A DNA stretch of 27,874 nt. It comes from a virus. Lineage: Duplodnaviria > Caudoviricetes. The stretch spans positions 1 to 27,874 of the IMG/VR virus record IMGVR_UViG_3300021964_000397; one strand, 5' to 3'. The notes under the pieces were generated by a model that searched no databases, was not told the origin of the DNA, and saw nothing but the letters and a program-made list of their open reading frames with translations. This document shows positions 16,397 through 23,635 of the stretch, one piece after another. Every line of letters starts with the position of its first letter. The stretch's first letter is position 1. Position numbers and translations under genes: made by a program.

Positions 16397-17907
16397 TATC
16401 TGTTACCTTTTTGTGCAAACTCAATAGAGAACCCATCGACGATGTAGGGGGTGTCTCCTGACGTATTTGATGTTAATTTCACTGAATGGAAGAACCCAGA
16501 GCCAATTAACCCTACTTCTGCTGTTTCATCAGCAATTGAATCAAAATTATTTGTTCCAAAAACAGCCGTCCCAAAGAAGGAATTACTAACAAAGTAATCC
16601 TCCAAAGCAATAGCAGCAGGCTGGATAATTCCATTCTCCTCAAAGTCAAAGAGACTTTCCAAGCTAATACTGCTGCCACCTTCTCGCCGGGCATACACAC
16701 TTAGTTTCTGAGGGACTTTTCTCTTTTCAGGATCACCATAGTACCACCAAGGAAACTGCATAATTGATGTAATTGTTGTTCCATCAAAGTCTGATCCAAG
16801 CTCTTGTTGATGGACATACCCTTCATAGTCTCCGTGTACAACAACCAGATCATTATTTTCATAATTATAGTCGCAGCAGGATACTTTAATTCCTTTAAGA
16901 TCGAACCATTCCCACTCCGAAGCAATCTCAGGGAGTTGAAGAATGTCCGTATGAAGATGCCCTAGAAGCCCTTTAGCACTTTCTGCTGGTTCACTCTCTG
17001 AGCCCCAGAAAAGGCGGTACTGGGATTTACTAGGAACTTGAACGGAGGAAACATCATACGTCCCTGCTTTGGAGATAACCTCCTCAATTCGTGTTTCAAT
17101 AGCTCTGGTCTTGGTATCAATATTGACTTCACCAGTTTCCTCTGTACCTGAAATAGTACGGATACCGTCTTGTGCTAGGAAGTAAAGATCACCTGCAAGT
17201 TCTTGAATGGAGTCAGGAGCAATACACCCAATTCTCTCAGTTACTGGGATTACAGCCCAATCCGCAGAGGAGGACCCCGTTAGGCGACTTATCTGATTAG
17301 GGCCAAAAATATAAAGCTCGCCTCTCCAGAGAGCAGCAGAATTAAGGGCCTTCCCAATGTTAATCTCGGCTGCACCGTTAGCGCCATCAAAGTCTGTCTC
17401 GTCACCGGGAGCGGAAATAAAAAGGGACTGGTCCTTAATAAACACCATATGGCGCTTATGTGAGTGTACGAAAGTGGCTCCTTGAGGCGCATCTGTAAGT
17501 TCGGTTACAGTGCCATCTTGGTCATAGGTTACGGGGTAATCAACACTATTAACCAAACAAATAGTAGGCTTAATCCAATTGTATCGTTCAATCCTTGTTT
17601 TACCACCAGAAAGTCCTGTCTTAATAATAGACCAACCACTTCCCGTACTAAAGTAATAACCAGTCCCTCTGGCCGCTACTACGCCCCCTCTAAAGGGGAA
17701 CGCTCCTAGTACCTTCCCTGTCCCTGTGACAGCGTTGGTATCATACTTCTGAAATCCATTAATTCGTCGGTAGCCTCTACCTGTCGCACCCTCAATATTC
17801 TGTCCTTGAATAAGTGCGCCGGGGGCTCTAGCTCCTAGAGTAAGAACGGAAGATGACTCAATAACCCCTCCGGTAGCTTCTACTGGAAATGTCTGCCAGC
17901 GATCCAT
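16396..17907 (-). CDS. Tail nozzle / tail tubular protein B-like
   Basis: 503 aa, beta-rich, with GYRRINGF.K and IGCIAPDSIQE...DLYFLA.DGIR motifs. Lies between adaptor and fibre. Confidence 0.78.
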   Translation of the reverse strand: MDRWQTFPVEATGGVIESSSVLTLGARAPGALIQGQNIEGATGRGYRRINGFQKYDTNAVTGTGKVLGAFPFRGGVVAARGTGYYFSTGSGWSIIKTGLSGGKTRIERYNWIKPTICLVNSVDYPVTYDQDGTVTELTDAPQGATFVHSHKRHMVFIKDQSLFISAPGDETDFDGANGAAEINIGKALNSAALWRGELYIFGPNQISRLTGSSSADWAVIPVTERIGCIAPDSIQELAGDLYFLAQDGIRTISGTEETGEVNIDTKTRAIETRIEEVISKAGTYDVSSVQVPSKSQYRLFWGSESEPAESAKGLLGHLHTDILQLPEIASEWEWFDLKGIKVSCCDYNYENNDLVVVHGDYEGYVHQQELGSDFDGTTITSIMQFPWWYYGDPEKRKVPQKLSVYARREGGSSISLESLFDFEENGIIQPAAIALEDYFVSNSFFGTAVFGTNNFDSIADETAEVGLIGSGFFHSVKLTSNTSGDTPYIVDGFSIEFAQKGNR

Positions 17908-18641
17908 TAATTTACTCTCAAGCTTGTCAGGAGATTTCTATCCTGAATTTCTCTTGTATCAAACACCTGTCGTGTCTTATTTATTAGGAGAGTTCGCATA
18001 TTCGACAGACCCTCTTCCCATCTACTTTTAGAGATTTGAGAAGACTCAAGATTATCTCTAAACATATAACAATCCCAAAGAGCTCTCTGTACAATTACAT
18101 AGTCAAATCGAGTGGGGATGGTTGTAGTATCATCGTGTGCAGAAACTGCTGTAGGGAATTGCCAGTACTCATACGTCACATTATATGCCAAGTCAGAATA
18201 ACCGGGGTAGATGGCTACTTTGCTATTTTGGGTAGGGGAAATAAACTCTGGTTCCCCTGCTTCACTGGCAGTCATATTGATGTTATTGGCACGAGTACCA
18301 TGCTTCATATATTCATCATAAGGAACAACAGGAAGATACTTCTCTCCAATAGCTGAAGAAGGTACTCCTTCGACTAAATGAAAAGACTCCCAATCCACTG
18401 ACTGTGCATCAGCAGCAAGGGAGTACTCTGTCGTTCCATCGGTAAGCAAGGTTAGAGTGTCTGTAGAGTGATTAAAAGGCCACTCAATCTCAGCTTGCTG
18501 AATTTCTTCAATAGCATCCAGAACAGCATCTTTAGCTGTAGCGTGGAAGCCAGTAGCAGTTGCGAAGTTAGAACTCGTTAATTCTACTTCGTTGAGCCTG
18601 CGAAGGACTTTATTAGTAAGTGATAGGTAGGTGCTGCCCAT
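17907..18641 (-). CDS. Head-tail adaptor / tail tubular protein A-like
   Basis: TYL.L.N.VLRRLNEV, EWPF and IP.RF..VIV motifs. Follows the head genes. Confidence 0.8.
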   Translation of the reverse strand: MGSTYLSLTNKVLRRLNEVELTSSNFATATGFHATAKDAVLDAIEEIQQAEIEWPFNHSTDTLTLLTDGTTEYSLAADAQSVDWESFHLVEGVPSSAIGEKYLPVVPYDEYMKHGTRANNINMTASEAGEPEFISPTQNSKVAIYPGYSDLAYNVTYEYWQFPTAVSAHDDTTTIPTRFDYVIVQRALWDCYMFRDNLESSQISKSRWEEGLSNMRTLLINKTRQVFDTREIQDRNLLTSLRVN

Positions 18642-18653
18642 TTAGATAAGTCC

Positions 18654-18704
18654 TATTATAGTATCTACTAAACCCCTAAAAGAGCCTTAATGGATATTAT
18701 AGTA
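18654..18704 (-). promoter_or_regulatory. Pair of TACTATAATA boxes upstream of the tail genes
   Basis: 10-bp direct repeat tattatagta at 18654-18663 and 18695-18704, each holding a minus-strand TATAAT. No -35 box seen. Confidence 0.4.
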
Positions 18705-18710
18705 GCTGGT

Positions 18711-18749
18711 AGAAAAGTAGAGGGGAGCAGCATAACGCCACTCTCCCTC
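18711..18749 (-). terminator. Rho-independent terminator after the head genes
   Basis: Minus strand GAGGG-A-GAGTGGC-gttat-GCTGCTC-CCCTC followed by TACTTTTCT, 16 nt after the decoration gene stop. Confidence 0.75.
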
Positions 18750-18765
18750 ATATCTTTTGCGTTGA

Positions 18766-19251
18766 CTAGCCGAAGGCTGAGTCAGGAACAACGTCCGGGG
18801 AAGCGTCAACTACGATAGCAACAACTTCGATTTCCCAATCGTCACCTGCACTAGATGCAGTAGCGATAGTCAGGTCCAGAGTATCAGCAGAGGAAACGAC
18901 TGCCCCATTTGCAGATACTTTACCATTCGTACCGACTGCAAGCCAGCCTGCCGTAGTAGCATCGCCACCATCAACGATGGTATCACCACCGCCAGTGCCG
19001 ATATCTACGGTAAGAGTCGTGCCAGAGTCTGCGGTTACGACCTTTGCAGAGCCACCAATCAAGATGGTATCAGCAGGAATATCGACTGCCTGAATTACAT
19101 CAGCAGCAGCAAGAGCAGAGCCCTTGGCAGCTACAGCAGCAGCAGCAGTAACACGAGTCTTGAGGGCGTAAACGCCTGCTACACCCCGACGAGAGGCGTG
19201 AGAGCCTGCCGTGGTCGTGGTATTAGCAACTGTAAGATCAATAGTAGCCAT
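18766..19251 (-). CDS. Capsid decoration/cement protein
   Basis: 161 aa, A/T/G/V-rich, with DVIQ..DIPA.T, DIG...D..VDG.D and ADT.D motifs. Directly after the MCP with an AAGGAG SD. Confidence 0.72.
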   Translation of the reverse strand: MATIDLTVANTTTTAGSHASRRGVAGVYALKTRVTAAAAVAAKGSALAAADVIQAVDIPADTILIGGSAKVVTADSGTTLTVDIGTGGGDTIVDGGDATTAGWLAVGTNGKVSANGAVVSSADTLDLTIATASSAGDDWEIEVVAIVVDASPDVVPDSAFG

Positions 19252-19264
19252 TGTCTATATCTCC

Positions 19265-20188
19265 TTACACCGTACGCCAGTTTGCACCGACAAGAGCTTC
19301 CGTACGAAGCGCCTTCCGACCAAACATGTGCATACCACGAACAACGTCAGCAAAGCTGTCAGGGTCACGGTATGTTTCGGTCTTATTAATCTGCTCGGCA
19401 GAAGCCACGGCAGAAATATGACCAGCCAACAGCCAAGTACCATTGGTGCCAGAGGTAGCGGTAGAACCAGTACCTACAGTAGCAAGGTTATTTGACATGT
19501 AGACGTTGAAGCCCCGGATCATGCCGTCAGATACCCGGCCATTACGCAGGATGCCTTTTTCAGCATAATCAGCACTCAGCAGGTTGCTGTCTTCATCACC
19601 GATCAGTTCCCAGAAGAACGGATCAGCAACAAACCAACGACCTTCCTCGGGGACATCTGCTTCATCAAGCACACGCTTCATGCGATTGAGAATACCCAGA
19701 GGTGAGTAATCGGGGGAGCCACTATTAGCAATAGTAGCCTGAGCGGACTCAGTACCCAACTGGTTAGCAGTAGGAATCTGAGAGTCGATATATGCCAGAA
19801 TGTTCTGGTCCATACCATTAGCAAGTTGGTACCCGGCACGGCTGGAAGCCAACTGGTTCCAATTGTGATGGGCCTGCTTCTTTTCAATGTCATCGACTTT
19901 GAAGGCGAAGTAGTTAGCCTGATCTACCGTCAAGGTAATTTCGTCATCATCGAGGTCCTGAGCAGTCACCTGAGTCCCACGTGAGTAGGGCAGAACAGTG
20001 ACTTCAGGTTCACGGATAATGTGTACCGTATCGCCGTAGTCCGAAATCTCCCCAAAGTATTCTGTGTTGCAGATACTCTGACAAACACTCTTCGTGCGGA
20101 AAGCAATCTGAGCGCGACGGGAGTAGATTTCCGGCGTGAAATTACCTTGTGGAAGGTTGCCGTAACCGGCAGCAGTTTGGAAAGCCAT
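19265..20188 (-). CDS. Major capsid protein (HK97 fold, P22-coat-like)
   Basis: Likely start ATG 20188 (AAGGAG SD). Motifs GNF.PEIYS, N.EY.GEI...GDTV.I, LDEADVPEEGRW.V and E.YR..DSFAD.VRG.H.FG.K. Confidence 0.92.
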   Translation of the reverse strand: MAFQTAAGYGNLPQGNFTPEIYSRRAQIAFRTKSVCQSICNTEYFGEISDYGDTVHIIREPEVTVLPYSRGTQVTAQDLDDDEITLTVDQANYFAFKVDDIEKKQAHHNWNQLASSRAGYQLANGMDQNILAYIDSQIPTANQLGTESAQATIANSGSPDYSPLGILNRMKRVLDEADVPEEGRWFVADPFFWELIGDEDSNLLSADYAEKGILRNGRVSDGMIRGFNVYMSNNLATVGTGSTATSGTNGTWLLAGHISAVASAEQINKTETYRDPDSFADVVRGMHMFGRKALRTEALVGANWRTV

Positions 20189-20222
20189 TGTTAATTCTCC
20201 TTTAGCTTTATTCCACAAAGAA

Positions 20223-20315
20223 AAACAAACATAAAACTTTCTAATTCTTCTTGCGTTGGCGGTATCCCGAAGGAGCGCCTACATGAAGGTAGTTTAGACT
20301 TTTACGTGCTTGCTT
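20223..20315 (-). promoter_or_regulatory. Long imperfect hairpin in the capsid leader, capped by C(UUCG)G
   Basis: Nested minus-strand pairings AAGCAA/TTGTTT, ACGTAAAA/TTTTATGT, TCTAA/TTAGA, CTTC/GAAG, TGT/ACG, GGCG/CGCC and TCC-TTCG-GGA. Confidence 0.7.
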
Positions 20316-20326
20316 ATGAGCAGGAT

Positions 20327-21178
20327 TTATCTGAAAGCACCTTTAGAATCCAACTCCAAGAATTCCTCGTCAGACATCTTGGAAATATCATCTGCGGTGT
20401 AAACCTTTTCAGAAGCACCACCCGGCTCTTCTGATCTAGAGGTAGGAACTTTAGAAGCTCCAGCGTCTACATCAGTGTTTTTACGAGGACGCCCACGTTT
20501 CTTGGATGCCTCGATTCCTTTTTCCCTCTTATACAGAGAGACAACATCTATAACTGGTTGAGCAGCAGTGCCGAAAGCGGCATCTCGTACCCAAGTAGAC
20601 CCTGTTTCAGTTTTGGAGTTAATCCACTCTACAAAATCTTCAGAGGAAGCAATATCCTCTAGGTCCTCATGTACTCGTTTAACCTCAACCAGTGCTTCCT
20701 TCTTGGAAGCTTCTTGTTCTCGTGCCTCAACTTCTGCCAACCGCTTTTCGTACGCTTCGGTAGCTTCCTTAGACTTAAGACCCGCAACGGTCTCAATGGT
20801 CTTGTACATGTCTGGGTAGGTCTCGCGGAACTTCTCAAGTTCTTCGGCACTCTTAGGAAGACTTACATCTCGTTCCTCAAGCTGTTCTCGAAGACGGGAT
20901 TTTTCTTCCTCATGTTCTTTGTCCTTCTTGCTCATATAGCGTTGAAGGTCTTTATATCGTTTTTCGTAGTCGTGTTTCTGAGCCTTATTAAGAGGATTCT
21001 CTTTATCTAGCTCTTCCTCGACTTTCTGAGCATCTGCTGCATCAATCAGCGCCTGCGCCTGTGCAGCTTCTTCTGCTTCAACTTCTGCCAGTTCCCTTTC
21101 CAAGGCTTCTGGTGACAGATTAGGATTCCGGTAAAGGTCTCCGAGGACACTTGTGTCCTTAAATTTTGTTTCGCTCAT
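20327..21178 (-). CDS. Capsid scaffolding protein
   Basis: Acidic coiled coil with YEKRYKDLQR, P.S.EEL..FR..YPD, H.D...I..S.DF..W and I.KMSDEEF C-terminus. Likely start ATG 21178 after GGAGG. Confidence 0.85.
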   Translation of the reverse strand: MSETKFKDTSVLGDLYRNPNLSPEALERELAEVEAEEAAQAQALIDAADAQKVEEELDKENPLNKAQKHDYEKRYKDLQRYMSKKDKEHEEEKSRLREQLEERDVSLPKSAEELEKFRETYPDMYKTIETVAGLKSKEATEAYEKRLAEVEAREQEASKKEALVEVKRVHEDLEDIASSEDFVEWINSKTETGSTWVRDAAFGTAAQPVIDVVSLYKREKGIEASKKRGRPRKNTDVDAGASKVPTSRSEEPGGASEKVYTADDISKMSDEEFLELDSKGAFR

Positions 21179-21237
21179 TCTTTCCTCCATTGGGGCCTCA
21201 CGGGTGTCCATAAGACAGCGATCCTATGTAAGTTGCT

Positions 21238-21267
21238 AGTTATAAGCAATAATATTACTTTGTCAAG
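21238..21267 (-). promoter_or_regulatory. Sigma70-type promoter for scaffold/capsid genes
   Basis: Minus strand CTTGACA-aagtaatattattgct-TATAACT in the intergenic gap. Confidence 0.78.
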
Positions 21268-21275
21268 TAAAAAAA

Positions 21276-21512
21276 TTAGTTTTCTTCAAAATTTCCGTGT
21301 TTTTCTGCATGAAGACTCTGAAAGTACTCCCTACAGTCCCTTAACCCCTGAATAAACCCTAATTTTTGATGTAATTCCGAAGATTCTTTAGGTGCATTAT
21401 AGATTAACGCATCCATATTGTCTTGGATTCTACTATTGAAATAAGCATCCAAGTTCTTCAAAAAGGGTTTTGAGGCCCCTTTAAGGAGCTTCTTGTGTAC
21501 TTCGTCTTCCAT
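21276..21512 (-). CDS. Small conserved protein downstream of portal
   Basis: 78 aa helical protein with a GAGGG SD, at a position commonly occupied in podoviruses. Confidence 0.65.
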   Translation of the reverse strand: MEDEVHKKLLKGASKPFLKNLDAYFNSRIQDNMDALIYNAPKESSELHQKLGFIQGLRDCREYFQSLHAEKHGNFEEN

Positions 21513-21520
21513 TTTCCCTC

Positions 21521-23623
21521 CTACTGTGGTGGCATTTCAGGCTCTACAGGAGCTCCTTGCTGCTGTGGTTGTCCCGGAAAGCCTTCTTGTCCCGGTTGGG
21601 CAGGGACGGGAGGAGCCATTCCTCCTGTAGCACCCTGCTGAGGGCCTACTGGTCCACCTCCGGGCTGTCCTCCTTGCTGAATCATCTGAATAACCTGCTG
21701 CAATTCAGGATCATTAAGAAGCTTGCTTTCCTCAATATCCAAAGCCTTAGCAATTTCCTTGATAATAGCTCCTTGATTGAGGAAAGGAGACTGCTGTGCA
21801 ATCTGGAAGAAAGAAATAAGCTGATTAGCCCGTACTTCCTTCTGAATCAAGCTTTCCGTACCCATTGCTTTAATAGCAAGGTCACCTCGGACTTCAAGAT
21901 CACGATTATACTGCATGTTAAACGCAAACATTGCCTGCCCAAGTGGAGCAAACAAGTAATCATCGAAATTCTTAATAATAGTCTTAATAGTGACGGAGGC
22001 AGCGCCCAGAAGCTGAGAAATACCTGACGCTGTTCGTCCTACACCTTGAACCCCTGTTTGACCATGAGCAAAGGAAGGGATACCTGTAGACTGATCAGCA
22101 AACACAATGAACTTGTCAATCAACTGCATCAATTCAGGTGTAATGTTCTTGAAACTGGTGGAGAAGATAGCCTGTCCCGGCGCACCACCTCTCCTGCGCC
22201 AAACTTTGCCCGGATAAACAGACATATCCTGTCCCGGCATAAGATTGTTCTCGTCAACCTCAATCATAATATTACCAGAAAGAACTGCATTGTCAACCGA
22301 CATGCGGGTGAATCCATTAACCATTCGCTGAGAGTCTTCCATGTTCTCTGGAATGCCTACTCCCCAAATATTATAAAGATCAACTTCGAGAGGATAAATG
22401 ATGTAAGGAATTCTCTTAGGCCGGAAGGGGTTCATAACCATACGTATAACGACACCATTCAGCATCCAGACGTTTACTTGAATATCATCAGCATCCTCCA
22501 AGTTCTCGGGAATATCAAAACCTTCATCTTCAAGGTTCTCTCGGCTTTCAATGCCCCAGTATTCAAGGACTTCAAAACGATTATCGTGCGTCTGGTCTTC
22601 TAAGTCCTCACGAAGATTATGCTCCCACCACTCTGCAACATAATTTGAAGCAGTAGAGATAGCTTCATCAATCTGATCCGCAATGAATCCGGGCTGTTTC
22701 TTCAACAGGCGAATTTGGGATGCAGACATCAAGTGTCTGTCAATAATGTACTCGGCATCATAAGCTGTCGTACAATTAGGATCAGGGTAGATATCCCATA
22801 CAGACCTATATTCAAGATCAGGAACAATCTTAAAGATTGGGTCATACTCACGAGGGAGGAGCTCTCCTTCTGGACCTTCATCTACTTCTGGAACTCGCCA
22901 ATTAGGATATTCCTTCTCAGTAATGAAAGGTCCTTTAATGCACCCTGCACCAAGAATAGCTGCTTGAAGCATGGACTTTCGGAGTTCAATCTGGGCGTCA
23001 GCCTCTGTAAGCTGATCCTGAATGGTCTCGTCCATCTCCTCGGCTGCTTCTTGTGCTGGGGATTTCTTAATACCAACAGCCGAAGGGTCTTCTGTGATGT
23101 GTTCATCAGGAATACCTTTCAGCTTCTGTTTAAGAGCTTCTCCAATACGAGCAACACGAGACCCTACTGTATCACCGGGTTGGAGGTCTTTCCCATCCCC
23201 TTCATAACCAAAAATAGAGAGGTCTTCTGGGTCAATCTCAGGACCTTCCTGTTGAGCTTCCGCAGTAATTGTGATTTCTTTAGCGATGCCTGTGGGCTTC
23301 TCTGTCGCTTGTACTTCAAGAGGAACCTTTCCTTGACCAAAGAGAATATCAATGATCTGTCCGTAACCCGCCAAGGTCTTGGTCTTTGTAATCTTGATCG
23401 TCGCTTTAGACTTTTCAGTTGCTGTGAAGTTTTCCTTAAAGACTCCTCGGAACTGATCGTGAGCAGCCATCCACCGCTGCTCTGTTACCAGACGATTACG
23501 CTTGGCAGCTTGGTACTTTTCACTAATAGAGCTTGCGAGAGATGTTAAGGCCATAGCCTCTTCATCGTTTTCAGGTTGTCCTGCTAGGACTGCTGTTTCC
23601 TGATCGTCAAAACCTTCGGCCAT
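21521..23623 (-). CDS. Portal protein
   Basis: 700 aa after terL, with WDIYPDP, FEVLEYWG, WGVGIPE, DN..LSGN and RTASG.S motifs and a Q/G/P-rich tail. Confidence 0.92.
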   Translation of the reverse strand: MAEGFDDQETAVLAGQPENDEEAMALTSLASSISEKYQAAKRNRLVTEQRWMAAHDQFRGVFKENFTATEKSKATIKITKTKTLAGYGQIIDILFGQGKVPLEVQATEKPTGIAKEITITAEAQQEGPEIDPEDLSIFGYEGDGKDLQPGDTVGSRVARIGEALKQKLKGIPDEHITEDPSAVGIKKSPAQEAAEEMDETIQDQLTEADAQIELRKSMLQAAILGAGCIKGPFITEKEYPNWRVPEVDEGPEGELLPREYDPIFKIVPDLEYRSVWDIYPDPNCTTAYDAEYIIDRHLMSASQIRLLKKQPGFIADQIDEAISTASNYVAEWWEHNLREDLEDQTHDNRFEVLEYWGIESRENLEDEGFDIPENLEDADDIQVNVWMLNGVVIRMVMNPFRPKRIPYIIYPLEVDLYNIWGVGIPENMEDSQRMVNGFTRMSVDNAVLSGNIMIEVDENNLMPGQDMSVYPGKVWRRRGGAPGQAIFSTSFKNITPELMQLIDKFIVFADQSTGIPSFAHGQTGVQGVGRTASGISQLLGAASVTIKTIIKNFDDYLFAPLGQAMFAFNMQYNRDLEVRGDLAIKAMGTESLIQKEVRANQLISFFQIAQQSPFLNQGAIIKEIAKALDIEESKLLNDPELQQVIQMIQQGGQPGGGPVGPQQGATGGMAPPVPAQPGQEGFPGQPQQQGAPVEPEMPPQ

Positions 23624-23635
23624 TATTTAATCCTT

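Noticed and set aside
27-17909. Repeated TAATG stop/start overlaps (27, 4716, 9922, 10832, 14390, 16396, 17907)
   Set aside because: Real, but this is ordinary translational coupling in phage operons; used only as support for gene starts.
20189-20218. ORF-track N-terminal extension of the capsid (MWNKAKGELT)
   Set aside because: It spans the AAGGAG SD; ATG 20188 is the better start. The same logic applies to the extensions at 21211, 1288 and 27323.
21557-23548. Three long plus-strand ORFs (156, 185 and 277 aa) antisense to the portal gene
   Set aside because: All are in codon register with the portal frame, the usual shadow produced by scarce TTA/CTA/TCA codons. They have no SD or protein-like motifs.
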